This document shows, piece after piece, positions 18,120 to 26,900 of a stretch of DNA of 28,114 bases; within the stretch, counting starts at the first letter, position 1; the number at the start of each line of letters is the position of its first letter. The position numbers and the translations under genes are program-made. Origin of the DNA: Bryobacteraceae bacterium. GTDB lineage: Bacteria > Acidobacteriota > Terriglobia > Bryobacterales > Bryobacteraceae. The stretch is taken from NCBI GenBank assembly GCA_050012195.1, contig JBEKHQ010000001.1, positions 1-28,114 of the forward strand, in the 5' to 3' direction. The notes beneath the pieces were generated by a model. That model was not told where the DNA came from, searched no databases, and was given only the letters and a program-made list of their open reading frames with translations.

Positions 18120-18998
18120 ATGCGGATCGATCACACCCACCGTCCCTGGTTCGTCGTCACGCTGATCGCGGCCGCGGTTGCGACGGTCGTGTACATCTTA
18201 TATGCGGTCAACACGCCCACCGGCCCGCGCGGCGGCAGCGCGCTGGGTCTCACGTTCGGCATCCTGGGCTACGGCCTGATGCTGTACGCCGGATTGATCG
18301 GCGCGCGCAAGAAAGTGCCCACCTGGCGCATCGGACGCGGGCAAACCTGGATGCGCGGGCACATCTGGCTGGGCACGCTGAGCCTGCTGATCATTCTGTT
18401 TCACGCCGGCTTCGCGTTTCGAGGGCCGTTGACGACGGCTCTGATGATTCTGTTTTTCCTGGTGATCGCCAGCGGCATCGCGGGCGCGGCCCTGCAACAC
18501 TTCGTGCCCGGCGTCATGACCCAGCGCGTGCCCATGGAGACCATCTACGAGGAGATCCCGCACGTGCGCGTGCAACTGTGCGAGGAGGCCGACAAGCTGG
18601 TGGCCTCCATCTGCGGCCCCATGGACGCCGACGACACCGAGGAGCCCGCCGCGGCCGTCACCACGCTGGTGGAAATCGAACAAGGCGACAAAGCGCGCTT
18701 CCGCGAGATCTATCTGCAGCAGGTCCGCCCCTATCTGGCCGATCCGGAAGCGAGGCAAGCCGACCTGGCCGATCCGCTGCGCTCCACGCAGATTTTCGAA
18801 TCCATGCGCCGGCTGCTGGGCGGGCAGTTGCACGGCGTGCTGGACGATCTGGAAAACATCTGCGAGGAGGAACATCAGTTGAGCCGGCAGATTCGCATCT
18901 ATCGCTGGCTGCACGGCTGGCTGCTGATCCACGTTCCGTTGTCCATCGTATTGCTGGTGCTGGGAGGGGTGCACGCCGTCATGGCGCTGCGCTATTAA
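18120..18998 (+). CDS. Ferric-reductase-like transmembrane protein (putative diheme cytochrome b), 292 aa
   Basis: C-terminal part of the spurious 16062-18998 ORF; the real start is ATG 18120, 5 nt after the upstream stop. About 5 TM helices with two His pairs 14 residues apart: HIWLGTLSLLIILFH and HVPLSIVLLVLGGVH. Confidence 0.8.
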   Translation: MRIDHTHRPWFVVTLIAAAVATVVYILYAVNTPTGPRGGSALGLTFGILGYGLMLYAGLIGARKKVPTWRIGRGQTWMRGHIWLGTLSLLIILFHAGFAFRGPLTTALMILFFLVIASGIAGAALQHFVPGVMTQRVPMETIYEEIPHVRVQLCEEADKLVASICGPMDADDTEEPAAAVTTLVEIEQGDKARFREIYLQQVRPYLADPEARQADLADPLRSTQIFESMRRLLGGQLHGVLDDLENICEEEHQLSRQIRIYRWLHGWLLIHVPLSIVLLVLGGVHAVMALRY

Positions 18999-19002
18999 TC
19001 CC

Positions 19003-20316
19003 ATGGCCGGACGAACCCGCACCACCAAGAAACTGGCGCAGCGCATCAATCTGAATTACTTCAAGACCCTGCGCGGCATCCCGCGCTGGCGGCGCATCCT
19101 GTCCGGCGTTTTGGTCGCGCTCGGCGTCGCGTGGCTGGGCTGGTACGCGCTGGCGGGCACTCCCAAGCCCTATAACGCCGGACCGGTTTCGCACACCCAC
19201 ACCCTGATCGGAGGCAAGTGCGAAACCTGTCACGCGACCCAGGCCGGCTTCGAGCACAGCGCCACCGATAAAGCCTGCCTGACTTGTCACGACGGTCCCA
19301 TTCATCACGCCGAACAGACTTTCTCGCCGGCCTGCGCCAGCTGCCACGTCGAGCATAAGGGCGCGTTTCGGCTGGCCGCCACCACGGACGAAGCCTGCAC
19401 GCAATGCCACGCCGATCTGGCGGCCAAGGATAAGAACGCGCCGCCGCGTTTTGTTTCAAACATCCGCGGCTTCGACGGCACGCATCCCCAGTTCGCGGTG
19501 CTGCGCTCGGGCCGCATCGATCCGGGCACCATCAAGTTCGGCCACCAGGTGCATTTGAAGAAGGATTTACGAGGGCCGCACGGGCCGGTGCAACTGCAAT
19601 GCGCCGATTGTCATCGCCCGCAAGGCTTGAACCAACCCTGGCCGTTCAGTATCGCGCAGATCGCTCCGGTATCGTTGTCGGCCGCCCTGCCCGACCGATC
19701 CTACATGGAGCCGATCAACTACGAAAAGCATTGCGCCACCTGTCACACATTGCAGTTCGACCGGCGCTTCTCCGAAAGCGTGCCGCATAAGGAGCCCAAG
19801 GTGGTGTACGATTTCGTGGTCGAGAAACTGACCGGCTACATCGCGGAGCATCCCACCCAGATTCCGCTGGTGGACGAGCCGGACAAGCGGCTGCCCAGCC
19901 GTCCGCCGCAGCCGCCGGCGCGCAACGCTCGCGAATGGGTGGCCGAGCGGCTGACCGATTCCGAGTTCCTGTTGTGGCGCAAGGCCTGCAAGGAATGCCA
20001 TCTGGAAACCTTTCCGAACGGCAACGACGCGCTGCCGGTGGTAGCCAAGGCGGCCATCACGGCGCGCTGGCTGCCGCATTCCAACTTCGATCACGAAGCG
20101 CACCAGATGGTGGCCTGCGCTGCTTGTCACGCCAAGGCGCCCACCAGCAAGGAGACCTCCGACGTCCTGATCCCCGGCGTCCAGGTCTGCCGCGACTGCC
20201 ATCATGCCGGTAAGGAAGCCGCCGAAGCCCGCTGCTTCGAGTGTCACAACTATCACGACTGGACCAAGGAAAAACCCCCCGTCGGCAAGTTCGCCGTTTC
20301 CCAGCTCGGCCAATAA
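19003..20316 (+). CDS. Membrane-anchored decaheme cytochrome c
   Basis: Ten CXXCH motifs counted (CETCH, CLTCH, CASCH, CTQCH, CADCH, CATCH, CKECH, CAACH, CRDCH, CFECH). Basic N-terminus followed by one hydrophobic helix. Confidence 0.92.
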   Translation: MAGRTRTTKKLAQRINLNYFKTLRGIPRWRRILSGVLVALGVAWLGWYALAGTPKPYNAGPVSHTHTLIGGKCETCHATQAGFEHSATDKACLTCHDGPIHHAEQTFSPACASCHVEHKGAFRLAATTDEACTQCHADLAAKDKNAPPRFVSNIRGFDGTHPQFAVLRSGRIDPGTIKFGHQVHLKKDLRGPHGPVQLQCADCHRPQGLNQPWPFSIAQIAPVSLSAALPDRSYMEPINYEKHCATCHTLQFDRRFSESVPHKEPKVVYDFVVEKLTGYIAEHPTQIPLVDEPDKRLPSRPPQPPARNAREWVAERLTDSEFLLWRKACKECHLETFPNGNDALPVVAKAAITARWLPHSNFDHEAHQMVACAACHAKAPTSKETSDVLIPGVQVCRDCHHAGKEAAEARCFECHNYHDWTKEKPPVGKFAVSQLGQ

Positions 20317-20349
20317 GCGGCTCGTGGTGGAGTAAACTGCAAGGTACGC

Positions 20350-23300
20350 TTGCCCCCAGAAACATCCGTTCCGCAAACGATGAATGAGTTATTGGCGCTG
20401 CTCCGTTCGGTCCCTTTCCTGGCTCCATTGACGGATTCCGAACTCGAGCATATCGCTCAACAATCCAGCAGGGAGACCGCGGCGCCCGGCCGCGTAATTG
20501 TGCGCGAGGGCGAAATCGGCGAATGCATGTACGTGATCGTGCGCGGCGCGGTACAGATCCTCACAACTTCTTTCGACGGATCGGACGTCGTGCTGGCGCG
20601 CCTGGAAGCCGGTCAATGGTTCGGCGAACAAGCGCTTCAGCCGGGCGGAACGGGCCGGCGCAACGCCAGCGTCCGGGCGATCGAGGAGTGCAGCCTGGTG
20701 GTGCTGTCGCGCGACCTTCTGCGGGATGTGCTCGCGCAGGACTCCCAGTTGCTGGTCGAGTTGCGCAAGAGAGGAGCAGAGCAGCGAGCGCTGCGCAACA
20801 ACCGCCTTCGGGAGGGAGTGTTTGCGACCCTGGGCTTGGAGTCAGGCTCCCTCGAATATCGCGTAGAGAAATATCCCGCGGGCGAGGCGGTCTTTCATCA
20901 GGGAGACCGCGGAGACCGGCTGTATCTGATCCTGAGCGGGCGCGCGCATGTGGAGCGAACCGAGGGCGGCGAGCGCAGGATTTTGGCCGAGCTGCTGCCC
21001 GGGCAATTTTTCGGCGAGCTCGCAATATTGCGCGACACGCCGCGCAACGCGACCGTGGCGGCAGCCGACGAGCTCGAAGTGGTGAGCCTGGACGGGGAAT
21101 GGTTCCGGCGCGCGCACGATCAAAATCCGGCGCTGCGGTCGTTGATGGAGTCGCTCGAGAGCATGTACCTGCTCCCGCATCGCGGCCTGCTCACGCTGCA
21201 GACGGGACAGTTGGACGGCAAGCCGGCGCTGACGGCGGTGCACAATCTTCCGGACGGCAGGCGCGTCATGAGCACGCGGCTTACCGGCGCGCCCGCGTTC
21301 ACCGCGCAAGTGCTGGACGCGGAGAAATCCGGCGCCGCGTCCGTGATCTACGAGAAGCCGGAGCACGGAATCTACCGCGAGCTGCAGGTCGGCGGCGGCA
21401 AACTGACGGGCCTGGAATCGCAGGGCGAGTGGACCGGCTTGGGCGACATGTTCGGCCGGTTGCTCGACGGCGCGCCGGTGGAGGAATGGCAACTCGCGCT
21501 GTTCCGCGAGCGCGGCGATTTCCGGGTACAGGAAGTTCAGCCGCTCTATGAAGAGAAAGAGATCATCTGCACCTGCACTCACACCAGTTGCGGCAAGATC
21601 ATGCAGGCCATTCGCGACAACTGCACCACCGTGGAACAGGTGGCCAAGCGCACCAACGCGACGCGGGTCTGCGGCGGCTGCATGCCCTTGGTGCGCGAAC
21701 TGCTGGGACAGTCGGATTGGACGGCGGCGCACGTGATCGAGCGCGTCCCGCTGGCGGAGGACGTGCGATCTTTTCGCATCCGCCCGATCGCGGGCGAGTG
21801 CCGGGATTGGCTGCCGGGACAGCACCTGGTGCTCCAGGCGCGCATCGATAATCGTTGGGTGCAGCGCGCCTACACTCTCTCGTGCGCTCCCGGCGGGAGC
21901 TGGTACGAGATCACCGTGAAACGCGAGCCGCAAGGCGTGTTCTCGCGCTGGTTGTTCGATCGCATGCCGCAAGATGCAATGCTGCGCGTGTCGGAACCGG
22001 GTGGCGAGTACCATCTGCCCGCCGATCAGACCGCGGACGTCGTGTGCCTGGTGGGCGGTATCGGCGTAACTCCGGCGCTCGCGATGGCGCGGACTTTGAG
22101 CGCGCGGCCCAGGCCCTTCCGGCTGCATGTGCATTATTGCGCCTCCCAGCCGGACGACCTGGTGGGCCGCGACGAACTGGCGGCGCTGTCACAAAAGAGC
22201 GAACGCATTTCGGTCGAATTCCGCGCCACGCGACTGGAAGGCCGCTTCGGGCTGGAGCAGGTTCGCGAAGTCGCTAATCGTTTTCCGGGCGCGCTCTATT
22301 TCCTGTGCGGAAGCCCGCCCTATATGGATGCCGTGGGCGGGTATCTGCGGGAATGCGGAGTGCCGGAGGAGCGCATTCGCGTCGAGGTTTTTATCGCCGC
22401 GGGCGCCAAGGTGGCTGAGCAGGCGGCCCCCAAACATTGCCCGGTGGATCACGCGGCGCGCGCTTTGGAAACTCCTGCCGCGCCGCTCGAACAGGCGCGC
22501 GCGATGCTGGGCGATTGTTATCGCGAGGCCAACGCTCCGCCGTCGGTTTTCGAGGCGCGCTGGCGCAAGGTAGAGGACGAATTTCAGCTCGACCAGACCT
22601 ATAGCCAGACCTTCGAAGAGCTGGTGTACGCGTCGCGCGTCGCCTGGAGGAACAGCGTCAAATGCATCGGCCGATTGTTCTGGCAAGGGTTGGCGGTCCG
22701 CGATTTCCGCCATGTTCAAACCGAGGACGAGATGTTCGAGGCGATTTTCTCGCACATCGAAACGGCCATGAACGGCGGGAATCTGCGGCCGCTGATCACG
22801 GTCTTCCCGCCCGCGGACAAGGACGGCCACAAGCCGCGCATCTGGAATCCGCAGATTTTTCGCTACGCGGGCTACCGGATGCCGGAGGGCCCTGTACTGG
22901 GCGATCCCGCGAATGTCGAGCTCACCGAAGCCGCGATCCGTTTGGGCTGGACGCCTCCCGCCGCGCGCGGCCGTTTCGACCTGCTGCCGGTGATCCTGGA
23001 AGCGGGAGGCCGTAAGCCGCAGTGGCGCGAGATTCCCAAGCACTTGGTGGTCGAAGTGCCGATTCTGCATCCGCGCTTCGAAGGCTTCCAAAATCTGGGA
23101 TTGAAGTGGTACGCGCTGCGGCTGGTGGCGGGCATGCTGCTCGACGCCGGCGGAGTGCAATACTCGGCCGCGCCCTTTAACGGCTGGAGCATGGGCACGG
23201 AAATCGGCGCCCGGATCTTCAGCGACGTCAATCGCTACAACCAGTTGCCCGAGGTCGCAAAAATCCTGGGACTTGATACCGAAAGCGATCGAACCTTGTG

Positions 23301-23568
23301 GCGCGACCGGGCGCTGGTGGAGCTCAACGTCGCTGTTCTGCACTCCTTCGACAAAGCAGGGATCAAGATCATGGATCACCACGCGGCGAGCGAAGCCTTC
23401 ATGAAGTTCGACGATCAGGAGAGCCGCGCCGGCCGACCCGTACACGCGCGCTGGAGCTGGATCGTGCCGCCGATTTCAGGCTCCGCGACACCCGTATTTC
23501 ATCAGGAATGGACGGATGTCGAGATCAAACCGAACTATGTTGCCCTGCCCGAGCCGTGGAAGGCTTGA
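20350..23568 (+). CDS. nos: Nitric oxide synthase fusion: 2x cNMP-binding, BFD-like [2Fe-2S], FAD/NAD(P)H reductase (FNR-like), NOS oxygenase
   Basis: cNMP cassettes 'FGEQAL..RRNASV' and 'FGELAIL..PRNATV'. BFD 'ICTC...VCGGC'. Reductase 'RAYTLS', 'GVFSRWL', 'GGIGVTP' and 'LCGSPPYM'. NOSoxy 'AWRNSVKCIGR' (heme Cys), 'RIWNPQIFRYAGY', 'PFNGWSMGTEIG', 'IMDHH' and 'WSWIVPPISGSATPVFHQ'. Start is TTG 20350 or ATG 20380. Confidence 0.92.
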   Translation: MPPETSVPQTMNELLALLRSVPFLAPLTDSELEHIAQQSSRETAAPGRVIVREGEIGECMYVIVRGAVQILTTSFDGSDVVLARLEAGQWFGEQALQPGGTGRRNASVRAIEECSLVVLSRDLLRDVLAQDSQLLVELRKRGAEQRALRNNRLREGVFATLGLESGSLEYRVEKYPAGEAVFHQGDRGDRLYLILSGRAHVERTEGGERRILAELLPGQFFGELAILRDTPRNATVAAADELEVVSLDGEWFRRAHDQNPALRSLMESLESMYLLPHRGLLTLQTGQLDGKPALTAVHNLPDGRRVMSTRLTGAPAFTAQVLDAEKSGAASVIYEKPEHGIYRELQVGGGKLTGLESQGEWTGLGDMFGRLLDGAPVEEWQLALFRERGDFRVQEVQPLYEEKEIICTCTHTSCGKIMQAIRDNCTTVEQVAKRTNATRVCGGCMPLVRELLGQSDWTAAHVIERVPLAEDVRSFRIRPIAGECRDWLPGQHLVLQARIDNRWVQRAYTLSCAPGGSWYEITVKREPQGVFSRWLFDRMPQDAMLRVSEPGGEYHLPADQTADVVCLVGGIGVTPALAMARTLSARPRPFRLHVHYCASQPDDLVGRDELAALSQKSERISVEFRATRLEGRFGLEQVREVANRFPGALYFLCGSPPYMDAVGGYLRECGVPEERIRVEVFIAAGAKVAEQAAPKHCPVDHAARALETPAAPLEQARAMLGDCYREANAPPSVFEARWRKVEDEFQLDQTYSQTFEELVYASRVAWRNSVKCIGRLFWQGLAVRDFRHVQTEDEMFEAIFSHIETAMNGGNLRPLITVFPPADKDGHKPRIWNPQIFRYAGYRMPEGPVLGDPANVELTEAAIRLGWTPPAARGRFDLLPVILEAGGRKPQWREIPKHLVVEVPILHPRFEGFQNLGLKWYALRLVAGMLLDAGGVQYSAAPFNGWSMGTEIGARIFSDVNRYNQLPEVAKILGLDTESDRTLWRDRALVELNVAVLHSFDKAGIKIMDHHAASEAFMKFDDQESRAGRPVHARWSWIVPPISGSATPVFHQEWTDVEIKPNYVALPEPWKA

Positions 23569-23647
23569 ATGACACTCTTCCTGTAACGTTCACATTGCAT
23601 GCACTTTGTCAACTGTTAGCCCATTACTTACTGTACCTAAAGACACC

Positions 23648-23675
23648 TTGAATCTCGTCCAAAGTGACCTATAAT
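23648..23675 (+). promoter_or_regulatory. Putative sigma70 promoter upstream of the large surface-protein gene
   Basis: TTGAAT (23648-23653), 16-nt spacer, TATAAT (23670-23675) in an AT-rich intergenic region. Confidence 0.55.
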
Positions 23676-23930
23676 GAAATACCCTGCTGAAGAACTTGCA
23701 GAACCTTGGTACCATCGGGAGGTTACCTGCGCACCCACAAGTGGACGCGGGAGGAAGTCGTAAATCATTGAATTTGCTTTGGCTGAACCCATCCACACGC
23801 TGCGGCGTTTCGAAGTTTCCGCGCCCAATCAATAGGCCCTTGGCGGCAGTACGCCTACATTTAATTTGGGTAGGTGCTCCAGTGACGCCCCTAACCCAAT
23901 GGTTTAACTTTGGGGAAGGGAAATTTAGAG

Positions 23931-26900
23931 ATGCTTAAGCCTTTACATGGCTTATTGTTAGCGGGTTTGCTGGCTGCGCCGGTGCTGTTTGGCCAGGATC
24001 CTCTATGCACCGGCAGCCAAAGCTCGAGTGGCGAAACTTTCGAAAGCAACGGGGGCGCCGGTACGTTTTCCGGAACCGTTACCACTTACTGCGGCCCCCT
24101 GACGTCGGCCACACCCAGCGCGCCCTGGATCAGCATCACCTCGGCGACCGGGACCTTCTCCATCCAGTTCTCGGTTTCTCCGAATACAACGGGATCGAGC
24201 CGTTCGGGCAGTATTACGGCGAAGTTCACAAACCCCGGGATCGAATCTTTCACCTTCTCGGTGACGCAGTATGCAAAGCTGACCTTTACTAGTTCTTCAC
24301 TACCCGTCGGCGCCGTCGGATATCCTTATTCCGCTCAGTTGCAGGTCTCGGGAGGAAGCGATGACTCGCGAAGCTTCTCCATCATTTCAGGCTCGCTTCC
24401 GCCCGGTTTATCCTTATCGGGTTCAACGATCGGCGGAACGCCGACCGGATCGGGAACGACGGCTTCTTTTACCGCGCAAGTCACCGATATCGACCCCAGC
24501 TCCGGCAATCCGTTTTCCGCAACTCAGGGCTTCGAAATAACGATCAATCCCCGATTTACAGCCTCCACAACGTCGCTGCCAGGCGCAACCGTTGGAGTAA
24601 GTTACTCGGCGTCAGTCTCGGCCAGCGGAGGATTTGCGCCGTATGGCTGGTCCCTGATTTCAGGAGCATTGCCCTCGGGATTATCGCTGAATTCCGGTAC
24701 CGGAGCGATCAGTGGAATTCCCGGCGCCAACTCTCAAGGGTCGTATCCGATCACAATCCAGGTGTCCGATCTGCGCGGCGAGACTTTGAACGTACCGCTC
24801 ACGCTGAATGTCGCTGGAACTCCGATTCCCTTAACGATTACGACCTCTACCTTGCCGTCGGCGACTGCGGGAGTGCCTTATAGCGCGTCGCTCACGGCCA
24901 ACGGCGGGACGACGCCCTATGCCTGGTCGGCAGCGGGTCTTCCATCCTGGTTGAGCGTTTCGCCTGCCGGCCAGGTCTCCGGCACACCGCCGGCGGGATC
25001 GGCGGGAAGCTTTCCCTTCACCGCAAAAGTGCTGGACGCCATCGGCCATTCCGCCTCCGCCCCCCTGTCGTTGCAGGTGAACCTTCCTCCCCCTGGTCCT
25101 TTGAGCATTGTCACTACTTCGCCGCTCCCTGATGGAAGAGAAGGCAGCGTCTACAATTTCGGCTTCGTTGCAACCGGCGGAAAAGCCCCATACGAGTGGT
25201 CGGCCACCGGCCTTCCGGCATTCTTGAACCTGGCGCCGAGCGGCAGTCTCACCGGGATACCGTCGGTGGGTTCCGCGGGTCCCTACAGCTTTACTGCGAC
25301 GGTTAGCGACGCCTTGGGAAACAAAGTCAGCGGAACATTCGGCCTGAAAGTGGACTCTTTGACGTCGCTAGGGATCACGACATCCTTGTTGCCGCCCGCC
25401 ACGGTAGGTGTGCCCTATAGCGTTGCGTTCGCGGCCACCGGCGGGACCTTGCCCTATGCGTGGTCGGCTTCCGGCTTACCGTCATGGTTGAGCCTTTCCC
25501 AAGCCGGCCAGCTCTCCGGCACGCCCCCGGCGGGAGCCCCGGTCTCGCTTAGCTTCACGGTGAGCGTCGGCGACTCTGCGGGAAATAAGGCGAGCGGGAT
25601 GTTCAGCCTGACGGTGAACCCGCTGAAATCCACCGTGCTGGTGACCATCATCGTTGCGTCGCCCCTGCCGCAAGCCACCGAAAATCAGCCTTACACAGTT
25701 ACATTCAGCGCCAGCGGCGGCACCGCTCCGTACACTTGGACGGGAGTGGGAGTGCCCTATTGGGCGAATCTCTCGCCGGCGGGCGTGCTCAGTGGAACTC
25801 CGCCGTTCGGCTCCGCGGGCGCCACGCTACTCACGGTCACCGCCACCGATTCGGCGAACAACAGCCAAAGCACGCAAGTCACGCTGGTGGTATTGTCGGC
25901 GAACGGCCCCACCATTACGACGACGTCTCCTCTGCCGAACGCGGCCGCCGGCGCCAATTATCAAATTACGTTGAGCGCCACGGGAGGAACACCGCCCTAC
26001 CAATGGTCGGGTTCGGGCATTCCAGCCGGACTCACGTTGACATCGAATGGACAACTGAGCGGCACTCCCACTACTCAGGGCGTCAATACCGTGACCGCGC
26101 AAGCCACCGACGCGGACCATAACGTGGCGTTCGCGGCGCTGAACTTACAGGTTGCGCCTTCCGCGATCACGATCATCACGCCTACCCCGCTGCCCGCCGG
26201 CGAGGTGAGTGTTTCATATTCGACCGTGTTTCAATCCAGCGGCGGAACTCGGCCACAGTCGTGGAGCCTTGTTTCCGGAACAATACCGCCCGGCACGACT
26301 CTCGATTCGAGCGGAGTTCTGAGCGGCACTCCAACACAGACCGGAGTCTTCGACTTCACCGTAAACGTCTCCGACGAGGGCGTGGCCGACGTCGAGAAGA
26401 CCAAGGCCGTAAAGGCGAACGTCGCCGGTGTTGCCGGCGCCAGCGCCCCGTTCGAAATCACGGTAACGCCTTACGTAACGCCGGATCTAATTCTTTCTTG
26501 CGGCAGCCTGTCGTTCGCGGCGCCCAGCCAAGGGACTGCGTCCCTGCAAACGTGTTCCGTCATCTCGACCGTTTACAACTCGATCCCATTCTCGGTGAGC
26601 GCGAATGTGCCATGGCTGTCGGTGTCGACCGGCGGAATCACGCCGGGCAATCTCGAAATAGGCGCGAATCCCGCCGGTCTCTCGGACGGGGCTCACGCCG
26701 GCACGATCACCGTGTCGTCCCCGGGCGTGACCTCCAAGACTATCCAAGTATCGTTCACCACCAACGCCGAGCTCGAGGCTTCCGGAATCCTGCAAGTTTC
26801 GCCCTCCACTCTGACGCTCTCCAGCCCTGGGTCTCCGGCACTCAACCAGACTCTCTTCCTTCAGAATCTAGGGCAAGGCAATCTGCCTTTCACGGTTTCG

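Noticed and set aside
16062-18998. 978-aa plus-strand ORF
   Set aside because: The first ~686 codons are an Arg/Gly/Ala-rich off-frame shadow of the Fe-S/cNMP gene. Only the part from ATG 18120 is protein-like. No slippery site was seen to suggest a programmed fusion.
19003-20316. Calling the decaheme protein MtrA/DmsE
   Set aside because: Heme count alone is not enough; there is no adjacent MtrB-like porin gene and I could not confirm family-specific motifs.
23582-23594. TGTAACGTTCACA as a CRP site (attractive given the cNMP theme)
   Set aside because: The half-sites are 3 bp apart rather than the 6 bp of TGTGA-N6-TCACA.
23676-23930. c-di-GMP riboswitch or other known ncRNA in the leader
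   Set aside because: The conserved class I/II core motifs were not found by eye.
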